A stretch of DNA of 64,000 nt from Limnothrix sp. BL-A-16 (GCA_041937175.2 CP166615.1:1120001-1184000), one strand, 5' to 3'. Shown: positions 1 through 9,736, counted from the stretch's first letter. Notes: generated by a model from the sequence alone, not told the origin. Made by a program: numbers and translations.

Positions 1-181
1 TGCCGCGATGTGCCAGCAGCTTTTGAAAGCTCATGATCTCCATCCCAGCAATTTTGCTGGCGCGGCCGAGAGAAATTCGCTCTTGCTGAAATAGGGCGAT
101 TGCAATTTCTCGAAGCCAATCGCTCTGGTTAAAGGTTTCTGCCTGACTAAGGCTATCAGGTAGATTTAGGGTAATTTGCAT
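1..181 (-). CDS. UPF0175 family protein (putative antitoxin), 3' end runs off the window
   Basis: Manual translation from the ATG at 181-179 gives MQITLNLPDSLSQAETFNQSDWLREIAIALFQQERISLGRASKIAGMEIMSFQKLLAHRG. The 'EIAIALFQQERISLGRASKIAG...FQKLLAHRG' segment fits the UPF0175 pattern. Not in the ORF track. Confidence 0.85.
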   Translation of the reverse strand, partial: MQITLNLPDSLSQAETFNQSDWLREIAIALFQQERISLGRASKIAGMEIMSFQKLLAHRG

Positions 182-404
182 CGAATTTCCCTCATGGGTC
201 ATCTACGATCTGATTTACCTTTGTCTGCTAGCCTAAACCGTCTCTAGTTTGTAGAGTAAGCATTGTTTACCTACACCTAATAGCCGATCACCAAAGTAAT
301 TTGATCGCATTGTGACAAGCCGAGATCATTGTCTTGAGCATGGATACTACTTGTCTAGATAGTGGTAATTATTGCCCACCTTACTTGCTTTATTGCAAAG
401 TATT

Positions 405-1637
405 TTAATAGCTCTGGGCATTATCAATCAGAGTCTTAAGTTGTTCCTTGCTGTATGAGGTGCTTAAAAGTGGAATTAGACGATCAGGATCAAAGTATAC
501 ATTGTGGGATTTGCATACATGAACGAGGCGATTAACCATTACAGCGTCTACCTTCTCTGACATTACTTGCTCAGATTCGGGTAAAACAGCAATTAGTATA
601 GGCTCATCGTCTTGTTGCTGTAGTTGTTTCTGGCACACAAAACCCGCCTTATAAAGGATGTAGGTAACTGCTCGTAACTCTCCACGAGTCCTATTATGAC
701 CAAGCAACTCAATTAAATATTCAAACTCTTCACTCCTTGTAAAACCATCTGGAAAGCGTATTTTTAGCTGATTTAAAGAGTTCCACAAGAAAGATGGCTC
801 ACACGGTCTCCAACCACTTTTACGTAGGAAACGTCTATAAAGGTCAGTTGAAGGCTCTGCTAGAGTAGATTCTTTGCTATTATGATCAGATGGGTTTTCG
901 TTTTGCTCTTTTCCTGCTTCTACTGCTTTTGCATACCAAACTTGTTTGACTTGATCTTGATACACTGTAACTATTTCAGGCGTACTCTGGAGGAACTTCA
1001 TAAATCCAGAAAATCCTAGATTTTGCTCGTCGAATGCTGAATCAAGTTCAAGCATTTCATTCTTTAATGCTGAGAGGCTAACACCATCTGGAAATTTATC
1101 AAGGACACGCTCTAGCAAGTCTAGTGCATCCTCACGTAGTTGGGTGGTTTTTAAGAAATTGGATGAACTATCGAGTGTAGATTCTTCATCAATATAAATA
1201 AATCGATTACAAGACTTTTTGACAGCTTCACTGAGAGCCGATCTTGGTCCAACACCTACTACAGATTTACCTAATTCTCTTAAGCGTCTAAATAGAGGTG
1301 AAAAATCAGAATCTCCCGTAGCAAGAACAACCCACTCTAAATCAGGGACACGGGCTAAATACTCCATGACATCAACGACAATTTGGATGTCAGCAGAGTT
1401 TTTACCTTTCACTGGATGATAAACATGGACAAATTCAAATCCGAGCAAATTTAGCTCTGGCTGGCGTACACTGACCGATTGAATACTAAAATCTCCGTAA
1501 GCTCGACGCACTACAACACGTCCTAACTCGTTGGCGCGCTCCAGAAGTGTTTCTCCTCCGTCTGCTTTTAACCAGCCTGATAAGTTCTCGACATCCAAGA
1601 AAATGGCAACTTTATCTGCTATTGCTTTATCCGTCAT
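405..1637 (-). CDS. NYN (LabA/DUF88, PIN-like) domain protein with a LOTUS/OST-HTH domain and a C-terminal extension
   Basis: NYN motifs VAIFLDVEN, RRAYGDF, GKNSADIQIVVD and LATGDSDFSPL...GKSVVGVG. LOTUS-like segment LSALKNEMLELDSAFDEQNLGFSGFMKFL. Lies in AT-rich DNA. Confidence 0.9.
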   Translation of the reverse strand: MTDKAIADKVAIFLDVENLSGWLKADGGETLLERANELGRVVVRRAYGDFSIQSVSVRQPELNLLGFEFVHVYHPVKGKNSADIQIVVDVMEYLARVPDLEWVVLATGDSDFSPLFRRLRELGKSVVGVGPRSALSEAVKKSCNRFIYIDEESTLDSSSNFLKTTQLREDALDLLERVLDKFPDGVSLSALKNEMLELDSAFDEQNLGFSGFMKFLQSTPEIVTVYQDQVKQVWYAKAVEAGKEQNENPSDHNSKESTLAEPSTDLYRRFLRKSGWRPCEPSFLWNSLNQLKIRFPDGFTRSEEFEYLIELLGHNRTRGELRAVTYILYKAGFVCQKQLQQQDDEPILIAVLPESEQVMSEKVDAVMVNRLVHVCKSHNVYFDPDRLIPLLSTSYSKEQLKTLIDNAQSY

Positions 1638-2151
1638 TGGTTGTTCTGTCAGGGTACTAGTAATCTAATTGCATAACATCAACAAACATACTAGTCGTGC
1701 TCACAGGAATTCTCTAAGATTTTCGCTGGTTACAGCATAGATGTTGATCACCGTCTCCAAAGATAGATTAAGGAAATAGAACCATGCCTTAGACACAATC
1801 TTCTTATCTAAGATCAATTTGAATGGAACTCAACAAGGACTGGACTAAGCGCCAGCGATCGCTAATTGGTAACTGTAGCGCCTGATTCTGCAATTCTAGT
1901 AGCGTCATCACCGCCCTCCCAATAACTCTCTATCAATTGTAATCAATTCTAGAGTGCTGCTGCCCTTGGTTCCAGTCGACCGACCAATCATCACCTCACA
2001 TCACCTGGTGGGGCCACAGCCCCCGAATGGCCAGTGCGGTGATCCCAAGGGCGATCGGTTAAACCTGAATAAGTCGCGATCGGGTGGCTTCCACAGAGTA
2101 GCGATTCCAAACGCGATCGAACTCACAAAGACCCGGGGGGGGGGAATTTTT

Positions 2152-3186
2152 ATGGATGGTCTCTACACGTTAGCCAACGATGTGGTTCTGGATCAGCTCA
2201 TCGCCTTTTTGAACAGCGTTGAAGCCAACGGCGGCCGCTTGCCTGATGGCAGTCCTTATCCGGTGCTGGTTTGTCCCTATGACCATCGGATCGATCGCCT
2301 AAGAACCGTCTTGGCCGACTGGCCCCATGTGCGGATTTTGGAAGATTGGGACTTAATGGCCCGCTGGGATCAGTTTTCCAAATCCGTCATTGAAGCCACC
2401 CCCCTGGCCTTGCAACTTTATGAGCAAGAACCGAACCTTTACGGGCGCACCATGGGTGGGCGACGGCGGTTGGCGGCCTTTGAGGGCCCGTTCGATCGAT
2501 TCATTTATCTGGATGCGGATACCTTAGTGCTCCAGCCCCTCGCGCCCCTGTTTGCGGCCTTGGAAACCGCCGATTGGGTCACCTACGATTTTCAGTACAA
2601 AGACCCGGCCCATGTGTATCGGGTGGCGAGTCCTTTGTTGAAATCGCTGTTTTCACCGGAGCAAATGCAGCAATCGCTGTTTTGTTCGGGGCTGTATGCC
2701 ACCAAGCGAGGCGTGCTGACACTCGATCGCTGCGATGAGTTGTTGAAACAGCTTCAGGCCGGCGAGTCAGATGTGCTCTATCCCCGATCGGCCGATCAGG
2801 CACTGTTGAACTATTTGGTGATGCGATCGAACCTCAAGGTTCATAACTGTGCGCACCATTGGCCCAAGGAACAGGTCACGGGCAATAGCGTCACTTCAAG
2901 ACATTTTGTGGAGCGATCGGGGCAAGTGTTCGATCGCGATCGCCCTCTGCTTTATTTGCACTATATCGGCCTATCGTCGTCCCTCTTTTCCAGGGTTTGC
3001 GCAGGTGAAAATATCACCTTCCCCTATCGCGACACCTTCTTGCACTACCGCTACCTCAAGCATCCGCAGCAGCGCCCCCGCTTGGTTGGTCGCCCCCGGG
3101 CCCATAATGCGCCTCCAAGTTTGTGGGAGCGGGCCCAACGGAAGTTTAAGCAGAAATTCAAGCAATGGATTCGCAAGTCTGCCTAG
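2152..3186 (+). CDS. Npun_R2821/R2822-like glycosyltransferase (GT-A fold, GT8-like)
   Basis: N-terminus MDGLYTLANDVVLDQLIAFLNS, DxD motif FIYLDADT, and DQALLNY and YLHYIG motifs. Start moved to the ATG at 2152. Confidence 0.8.
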   Translation: MDGLYTLANDVVLDQLIAFLNSVEANGGRLPDGSPYPVLVCPYDHRIDRLRTVLADWPHVRILEDWDLMARWDQFSKSVIEATPLALQLYEQEPNLYGRTMGGRRRLAAFEGPFDRFIYLDADTLVLQPLAPLFAALETADWVTYDFQYKDPAHVYRVASPLLKSLFSPEQMQQSLFCSGLYATKRGVLTLDRCDELLKQLQAGESDVLYPRSADQALLNYLVMRSNLKVHNCAHHWPKEQVTGNSVTSRHFVERSGQVFDRDRPLLYLHYIGLSSSLFSRVCAGENITFPYRDTFLHYRYLKHPQQRPRLVGRPRAHNAPPSLWERAQRKFKQKFKQWIRKSA

Positions 3187-3280
3187 TGCATTGTGGGGTT
3201 GATGAGCGGGGGTTAATGACAGGGTTGATGCACTGTTTCTCAACGGGTAAATGATCGCAATTGCCCAGTGAATTACCTCA

Positions 3281-4087
3281 TTAATCGTTTGGCAAATCGT
3301 TCGGCAAATCGTTCGGCAAATCGTTCGGCAAATTACTGGGTAAATCGCTAGGCAAATCATCCCGATCGCACAGCCAGAGGAATGCTTCCTGGGCCGCGGC
3401 CTGTTCCGCTAATTTGCGCGATCGACCGCGGCCTTGGCCCAAACAACGGCCATGGAACCAAACCTGGGCCTCAAAGCGCTGCACGTCCCCATGAACGGCG
3501 CTCAGTTCCCGCACTCGATATTCCGGCAAGGATTTGTAGCGCCCTTGGGTCCATTCCTGGAGGGCCGCCTTGTAGTTTTGGCGGGCCGGGTCGTTGCGCA
3601 CCTGGTGGGCGATCGCCCGAAAATGGTCATCGAGCCAAGGCCGCACCAAATCCAGCGATCGCACCGAAAGATACAAAGCCCCGATGGTTGCTTCCAGGGC
3701 ATCGGCCAAGCGCGATTGCCGCCCTTCCAGATCCCGGGCCGCGCTGCCGCCCATGATCAGGTAGCGCTCCAGATTATAGGTGTCGGCAATTCGCGCCAAC
3801 ATGCGATCGCTCACCAAAATGGCCCGCGCCGCCGCCATTTCGCCCACGGGCCAATCGGGATAGGTTTCCCACAGCAATTCGGCCGCCGCCGTCCGCACGA
3901 TCGCATCCCCCACAAATTCCAACTGTTCGTAGTTGGTTTGGGAATCCGCCGTGGGGTGAGTCAGGGCCCGATCGAGCAACACCCAATCAACATTTGCACC
4001 CTCATTCAACCCCATGCGCGATAACAGGGCTTCGAGATCCCGTTGTCGGCGGGGATAGCTTAGTACGGTTGATGCCAACGAACCCAT
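3281..4087 (-). CDS. rnc: Ribonuclease III
   Basis: Signature NYEQLEFVGDA, LADALEATIGA, and a C-terminal dsRBD (NYKAALQEWTQ...GRSRKLAEQAAA). Confidence 0.96.
   Translation of the reverse strand: MGSLASTVLSYPRRQRDLEALLSRMGLNEGANVDWVLLDRALTHPTADSQTNYEQLEFVGDAIVRTAAAELLWETYPDWPVGEMAAARAILVSDRMLARIADTYNLERYLIMGGSAARDLEGRQSRLADALEATIGALYLSVRSLDLVRPWLDDHFRAIAHQVRNDPARQNYKAALQEWTQGRYKSLPEYRVRELSAVHGDVQRFEAQVWFHGRCLGQGRGRSRKLAEQAAAQEAFLWLCDRDDLPSDLPSNLPNDLPNDLPNDLPND
3284..3360. repeat. 12-bp tandem repeat encoding (DLPS/DLPN)n at the RNase III C-terminus
   Basis: GGCAAATCGTTC-like unit repeated about 6 times. Confidence 0.9.
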
Positions 4088-4113
4088 GAACGCTTCTGGA
4101 CAACAAATTAAAA

Positions 4114-4638
4114 GGAGAGGCAGGACGTAAGCCGGGTTCTGTCCTCAATTGGCCTCGGAGCACAGCAAGCCGCACGCCAAGGGCCAATCAATGGGCGGTT
4201 ATCTATCTGGGACGATCGTTACCGATCGCCTCAAGCGGTTCTCAAAGCGGGACAGGAAAAAGACCAACCCTCGTCCCTCACCTTGCTTCCGGCCGGGGTT
4301 TACCGAGCCAGCACCTCTCGATGCTGCTGGTGCGCTCTTACCGCACCTTTGCACCCTTACCGAGCCAGAGCCGTTAACAATTCAGTCACCGAAAACAATC
4401 TTCTGCCGCAGCAAAGTGGGACAGTTTGGGTGGGGAATTTTTAAGCGGCTCGGTGGCTCGGCGGTATTTTTCTGTGGCACTATCCTCACGATCGCTCGCA
4501 CTGGGCGTTACCCAGCAAGCCTGGTCTTTCGGAAGCCCGGACTTTCCTCAGATGACCACCGATCGTCCCTTGAACCAGCCAGAGCTAGCCCAAGCAAGAT
4601 CCGGCTGATCATCCGCAACCGCCTCGCCTACACTCTCC
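4114..4638 (-). ncRNA. rnpB: RNase P RNA (type A)
   Basis: The reverse strand contains GAGGAAAGTCCGGGCT, GTGCCACAGAAA, GGTGCAAAGGTGCGGTAAGAGCGCACC, GGTAAACCCCGG and ACAGAACCCGGCTTA. The 5' and 3' ends are complementary (P1). Ends are approximate. Confidence 0.97.
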
Positions 4639-4884
4639 GTCTATCCAGTTTATCGCTTGGTCGCAAAACTGACTCGTGGCCCCGGATGAATGCCCGTCCC
4701 CCATGGATCTCGCACCCCCAAGGGCGATCGCCGTTGCCCCCAAACCGGTTCCCAAAGCCTTAGGCTAGGGCCGCGCTGATGGGCAAACCGTTACTCGACA
4801 ACGGCAAGCCACTCTCAGACTCAGTTACAATCGACTCGGATTCCAACGGATGCGCTGCGATCGCCTCCCGCGACCCCCTCGCCT

Positions 4885-5940
4885 ATGTTGTTTAACGCCA
4901 CGGAAATTCTGATTGATGCATTTGTCGATCGCCTCAAAGAGGGCTATCGGCGTACCTACGGCGGCTGGAAACCGGAGTACGAAGACATCATTGGCTGGGC
5001 CGGCAACATGGCCCTCGAAAACATTGCCAACAGTGACGCGCTTTACCACGACGTGGAACACACCATCCTGGTCACCCTGGTGGGCCAGGAAGTGATCCGG
5101 GGCAAACATATTCGCGAAGGGGGCGTGTCGCCAGAAGATTGGCTGCATTTCATCATCTCCCTGCTCTGTCACGACATTGGCTATGTCAAAGGGGTTTGTC
5201 GCCTGGACAATGGCCGCTACTACGCCACCGGACGCGGAGACGAGTTGGTGAAGCTGCGGCCGGGGGCTTCCGATGCCAGCCTCACGCCCTACCATGTCGA
5301 TCGCGCCAAAATGTTTATAAAGGAACGCTTTGGGGGGCACAAATTAATTGATTCCGAGGCGATCGAGCGCAACATTGAACTCACCCGCTTCCCGGTTCCC
5401 AAGGAAGAAGATCACCAAGACACCCTGAACTATCCAGGCATGGTGCGAGCTTCAGATTTAATTGGCCAATTGTCCGATCCGCGCTATCTGAATAAAATCA
5501 GCGCCCTTTATTACGAATTTGAAGAAACTGGCACCAATCAATATTTAGGCTATGCTCACCCGGGCGATCTGCGCAAAAACTATCCCAAATTCTATTGGAA
5601 TGGTGTTTTTCCCTATGTGAAAGATGCCTTGGAATATTTGCGCCTGACTCAGCAGGGCAAGCAAGTGATTGCAAATCTTTATTCCAATGTGTTTGTGGTG
5701 GAACATGAACCGGAAGATTCAGTGGTTCCGCCCGATGCCGGCGATCGCAAAGAGGATCAAAGCAGTCATCGCAGTGGCGATCGAACCCCTGACCGCAATC
5801 CTGACCGCAATGATGATTTAAATCAGAATTTGGATCATGCCTTGAATGGCGATCTCGCCGAGCTGAAACGAGAAGAACGCACTGAAGAAGCCCTAGAGGC
5901 GTTGAATAGTGCTGCAAAAATTCCGGTGATTCAAACCTAA
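4885..5940 (+). CDS. Npun_R2479-family HD-domain metal-dependent phosphohydrolase
   Basis: YHDVEHT, LCHDIGY, YHVDR and ASDLIGQL motifs, with a low-complexity C-terminal tail. Confidence 0.88.
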   Translation: MLFNATEILIDAFVDRLKEGYRRTYGGWKPEYEDIIGWAGNMALENIANSDALYHDVEHTILVTLVGQEVIRGKHIREGGVSPEDWLHFIISLLCHDIGYVKGVCRLDNGRYYATGRGDELVKLRPGASDASLTPYHVDRAKMFIKERFGGHKLIDSEAIERNIELTRFPVPKEEDHQDTLNYPGMVRASDLIGQLSDPRYLNKISALYYEFEETGTNQYLGYAHPGDLRKNYPKFYWNGVFPYVKDALEYLRLTQQGKQVIANLYSNVFVVEHEPEDSVVPPDAGDRKEDQSSHRSGDRTPDRNPDRNDDLNQNLDHALNGDLAELKREERTEEALEALNSAAKIPVIQT

Positions 5941-6069
5941 GGCCAGGTCTGAAATAGGCCAAGAATTCCGGTTCCAATGGGTGGCGTAACTCCCTCGAAT
6001 CCGCTAGGACAATCAGGGTAGGATGGCCCCAATCGATCGCCCCCACAATAGCCCCAACAGAGGAGGTGA

Positions 6070-6321
6070 ATGGCAATGTTTGTCGGTACGCGCATATTCA
6101 TGGGTGTGGTGTCTTATCTGATCGTGTTGCAGTTGCTGTCACCGGCTTTGCAGGAATGCCCGGATGGCTCCTGCCTGTGGCGGCCGCTGTTGTGGGCTTC
6201 TGAATGCTGGCGGCCCAACAATTGCTATGCGCCCTGCGATGCCTATGAATACCGGAGCTGCGGCCCCACGGTGGTGACGGAGCGGCCCCAACCGGTGCGG
6301 CCGGTGATGGTGGGTAAATAG
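6070..6321 (+). CDS. Small putative exported or membrane-anchored cysteine-rich protein (83 aa)
   Basis: AGGAGG at 6061-6066 precedes the ATG. Hydrophobic N-terminal helix, six Cys. Stops 17 nt before ruvA. Confidence 0.55.
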   Translation: MAMFVGTRIFMGVVSYLIVLQLLSPALQECPDGSCLWRPLLWASECWRPNNCYAPCDAYEYRSCGPTVVTERPQPVRPVMVGK

Positions 6322-6338
6322 GCGCGAATGAGGCGCAA

Positions 6339-6968
6339 ATGATTGGATCGTTGCGTGGGCAGGTTTTGGCCCTTCAGGTGCAGGGCAATCGGGCGATCGG
6401 GCTGTTGGATGTGGCGCAGGTGGGCTATGAAGTGCAACTGTTGCCCCGATCGGCTATGGAATGGGTCATTGGCGAAACGGTGCAGGTTTTTACCCATTTG
6501 CAACTGCGAGACGATCGATGGTTGTTGTTTGGGTTTGCCACGGTGGCGGAGCGGGATCTGTTTCGGCAACTGATTGCCGTGAATGGTGTGGGGCCACAGT
6601 TGGCGATCGCCCTGCTCGATCGCCTGGAATTACCGGTGCTGATCCAAGCGATCGTCAGCGGCAACGCCAACCTGCTGGCAAAAACCCCCGGCATTGGCCC
6701 CAAAACCGCCGGCCGAATTGCCCTTGAACTGAAAACCAAGTTGGCGGAATGGCGCGATCAGTCGGGGCTATCCACCACGCCCGCGGCCGGGCCGGTGGGG
6801 CTGGTGCGGGAAGATGTGGAAATGACCCTTTTGGCTTTGGGCTACAGCGATCGGGAGGTGACCCAAGCCCTGGAGACCGTGGGCCAGCAAACCGCCCTCA
6901 GCAAGGAAGGCGATCCGGAACGTTGGATTCGCGAGGCGATCGCCTGGCTGAGTCAATCGGCCCTTTGA
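6339..6968 (+). CDS. ruvA: Holliday junction branch migration protein RuvA
   Basis: MIGSLRG, VGYEV, LFGF, HhH motifs VNGVGPQLA and PGIGPKTAGRIALEL, and C-terminal LLALGY. Confidence 0.96.
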   Translation: MIGSLRGQVLALQVQGNRAIGLLDVAQVGYEVQLLPRSAMEWVIGETVQVFTHLQLRDDRWLLFGFATVAERDLFRQLIAVNGVGPQLAIALLDRLELPVLIQAIVSGNANLLAKTPGIGPKTAGRIALELKTKLAEWRDQSGLSTTPAAGPVGLVREDVEMTLLALGYSDREVTQALETVGQQTALSKEGDPERWIREAIAWLSQSAL

Positions 6969-7123
6969 GGTATTTGAGGCGATCGGGTGGCGCGATCGAA
7001 GAATTCGATCATCCTGCCGCCCACAGTGCCCCCAAGGGGCAATTGGTTGATCAACCCATTCGCAAAGGCTAGGTTGGAGCAGTCTCCCCGATCGGGCAGA
7101 TTTCCACTCTTCCTCAGCCCCCC

Positions 7124-8551
7124 ATGAGCCATTCCGTCACCTACCTGGAGCTGTCAGAAGCCGACGGCGGATCCCACAAGTTTTATGAAGTCACGGTGCA
7201 AGACAACACCGTCAGCATCCGCTACGGGCGAATCGGGGATTCTGGACGGCTGCAAACCCAGGACTATCCCACCCCCGAAAAAGCCCAGGCCGCTGCCCAA
7301 AAAAAGATTCAAGAAAAACTGCGCAAGGGCTATGAACCCGCCGTGCAAGGGGGCCGGCCCAAGCGTTCCGTCACGCGCCGCCAGGTCACCAGCAGCCGTT
7401 CCACCGCTCGATCGGCCCCCGTTCTTTGGCAATTCAACTCCGGAGCTGCCGCCTTTGGCATTTTCATCGGCCCCACCGCCTGTTGGGTGGGCAATCAATC
7501 GGGGCAAGTGTTTGCCCTTGACCAGCAAGGCCAAGTTCTCAATCAATTTCAGCTACCCGACGGCGTGAAATGTTTGGTAGCCGATGACCTGTGGTTCTAT
7601 GCCGGGTGCGATGACGGCAATGTCTATGACTTGTCGGGAAAACTGCCGCGATTGGCCTATGAAATTGAAGAAAATATTGACATTTATTGGCTCGATATCT
7701 ATGACGGATGGCTAGGCGTTTCCGATCAAAATGGTCAGGTGGCGCTGTTTCACCCGGAAGAGGAAGAGCGCAATTGGACGAGGCTTTCCACGGGCCAAGC
7801 CGGTTGGATGGTGCGCTGCGACGACCAAGGAATCTATCACGGCCACAGCAATGGCATCACCTGCTATGACTTTTTGGAAGGGCGCGTGCAATGGCAACAA
7901 ACCACCAAAGGCTCTGTGCTATTTGGTTGGCAAGGGCGCTCCACGGTTTATGCAGGCACGAGCAGTAAATTGGTTTATGAATTCAGCAAACAGGGCGAAT
8001 TATTAACCCAATGCCAGTGCGATTCAGCGGTTTATTCTTGTGCGGCTGATGCGGAGGGGCAATATATTTTTGCGGGGGATAATTGCTCGTCAGTTTATTG
8101 CTTCGATCGCACTGGAACGCGGCTTTGGAAGTTAGCCAGCGGCTGTGGATCCGCCCTGTCGATGCAGTGGCATGATCACCGGCTGTATTTGGTGACGACC
8201 AATGGCTATTTGGCTTGTTTGGATGTGACTCCCGGGGCGATCGAGGCGGCCCAGCAGGGGCAAATTCCCGCACCGGCTGAAATTCTTGCACCCAAAGGGG
8301 AAGGCACGGCGGTTTCGGATGTGGTGGAACGGGTCAGCAGTCCCGGCGAAGGCATCGTGGTGCAATGTGTGCGCGATCGGGACAAGTTGCGAGTGCGAGT
8401 TCTGTCCCCCGGTTATCATTCCGATTGGAACGTGCAGTTTCCCCGCAATGTGCGCGAAGAGGGCGCTAAGTATGTGGTGAGCGAGTTGCGGGAATCGGCT
8501 CGGGGGCAGTTTTATCGCGTTTGCGGGGAAATTAAGCGGCTGGTGGACTAG
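7124..8551 (+). CDS. WGR-domain protein with a PQQ/WD-like beta-propeller
   Basis: N-terminal WGR domain (HKFYEV...IRYGRIG...EKLRKGY), then repeated beta-rich blades (VLWQF, RVQWQ, RLWKL). Confidence 0.85.
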   Translation: MSHSVTYLELSEADGGSHKFYEVTVQDNTVSIRYGRIGDSGRLQTQDYPTPEKAQAAAQKKIQEKLRKGYEPAVQGGRPKRSVTRRQVTSSRSTARSAPVLWQFNSGAAAFGIFIGPTACWVGNQSGQVFALDQQGQVLNQFQLPDGVKCLVADDLWFYAGCDDGNVYDLSGKLPRLAYEIEENIDIYWLDIYDGWLGVSDQNGQVALFHPEEEERNWTRLSTGQAGWMVRCDDQGIYHGHSNGITCYDFLEGRVQWQQTTKGSVLFGWQGRSTVYAGTSSKLVYEFSKQGELLTQCQCDSAVYSCAADAEGQYIFAGDNCSSVYCFDRTGTRLWKLASGCGSALSMQWHDHRLYLVTTNGYLACLDVTPGAIEAAQQGQIPAPAEILAPKGEGTAVSDVVERVSSPGEGIVVQCVRDRDKLRVRVLSPGYHSDWNVQFPRNVREEGAKYVVSELRESARGQFYRVCGEIKRLVD

Positions 8552-8606
8552 GAGCCGTGGCCTAATGCCCCAAGTCCCTGTTCTGTCGCTGCAAAATCGT
8601 GAGGGG

Positions 8607-8694
8607 CAAGGGGCTTGGGGTCTGTCGTCAAATCGTCCAAAACCCTGACATTGCCGTTGCGAAGTCGTGAGGGACAAGGGGCTTAAGCCCCTTG
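8607..8694. repeat. Half palindrome + IS-like end (GGGTCTGTCGTCAAAT) + full REP-like palindrome CAAGGGGCTTAAGCCCCTTG
   Basis: Full 20-bp palindrome at 8675-8694. The segment is homologous to about 30815-30890. Confidence 0.8.
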
Positions 8695-8741
8695 CCTAGG
8701 GCGATCGGGTTAAGAGCAGCAATCGATCCAGCGATAACTTA

Positions 8742-8828
8742 AGGGGCGATCGAGCCTTGGATCCAGACTTCAAAAAATGCGCCCTATGGGGGCTGAATTT
8801 TCTGATTTTGGATCGCTCGATCGCCCCT
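8742..8828. terminator. Long imperfect inverted repeat between the convergent WGR gene and rpmA (possible terminator or stability hairpin)
   Basis: AGGGGCGATCGAGC (8742-8755) pairs with GCTCGATCGCCCCT (8815-8828). Confidence 0.4.
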
Positions 8829-8872
8829 CAAAGGTCAATCTAATTAGCGATGCTGAGAGACGGAAAAAGCCC

Positions 8873-9139
8873 CTAGGCTTCGGCAGCAGCAGGATAAACA
8901 CTGACCTTTTTGCCGCTCTTGCCGCGACGCTCGAAGGTCACCACGCCATCCACCAAGGCGAACAGGGTGTCATCGTTGCCGCGACCCACGTTGTTGCCGG
9001 GGTGAACCTGAGTGCCCCGTTGACGCACCAGGATATTTCCAGCGCGGACGATCTGACCGCCGTAGCGCTTCACACCCAAGCGCTTGGAATTAGAGTCGCG
9101 ACCGTTACGAGTACTACCTGTCCCTTTTTTGTGAGCCAT
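8873..9139 (-). CDS. rpmA: 50S ribosomal protein L27
   Basis: [24 protein letters not shown]. Confidence 0.99.
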   Translation of the reverse strand: MAHKKGTGSTRNGRDSNSKRLGVKRYGGQIVRAGNILVRQRGTQVHPGNNVGRGNDDTLFALVDGVVTFERRGKSGKKVSVYPAAAEA

Positions 9140-9397
9140 GACGAGCTACCTCTAAAAACTTCGGTTGAATTTCGTTACTGTGGGGGTTACCGCTCGATCG
9201 CGCCCTGATCCATGTAACCACAGACGGGCTAATGGCAATCAACCAAGGCAGTCTCCGATCGAGGGAGGGTTGGCGAGTTGGGCAATACAGGTTTTCAGGA
9301 TCGGCTGTTGGTTTGGGCATCTGGGAGAACCCGTTGAGATGATTCACCTGAAATGCTTCACCAATGCCCGATCGCCCCCTTTGCCCAAGTCCCAAAT

Positions 9398-9736
9398 TTA
9401 CTCCGCCGCAACGGTCTTGCCACCGTAGGTGATCGACTCAATCACCAAGCGGGTCAATTCTTGGCGATGACCTTGCTTTTTGCGGGTTTTCTTTTTGGGG
9501 CGCATCTTATAAACAATAATCTTCCGGCCGCGGAAGTGACGCAGCACTTTGGCGGTGACGGTGGCCCCTTCGAGGGTGGGTGCGCCGATGTCGATCGTTT
9601 CGCCGTCGCGAACCAACAGAACGCGATCGAGCGTAACGGTTTCGTCTACGTCGGCGAACACGCGGTTCACGTCATAGAAACGACCCGGTTCGACACAAAG
9701 TTGTGTGCCGCTGGTTTCAACAATTGCGTAGGCCAT
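9398..9736 (-). CDS. rplU: 50S ribosomal protein L21
   Basis: MAYAIVETSG...KKQGHRQELTRL. Start moved to the ATG at 9736. Confidence 0.98.
   Translation of the reverse strand: MAYAIVETSGTQLCVEPGRFYDVNRVFADVDETVTLDRVLLVRDGETIDIGAPTLEGATVTAKVLRHFRGRKIIVYKMRPKKKTRKKQGHRQELTRLVIESITYGGKTVAAE

Noticed and set aside
4149..4763. 204-aa ORF
   Set aside because: Lies antisense to the RNase P RNA gene.
9114..9395. ORF between rplU and rpmA as a possible Prp/YsxB protease
   Set aside because: No resemblance to Prp, and L27 begins MAHKK without the cleavable extension. The 258-bp gap is treated as non-coding.
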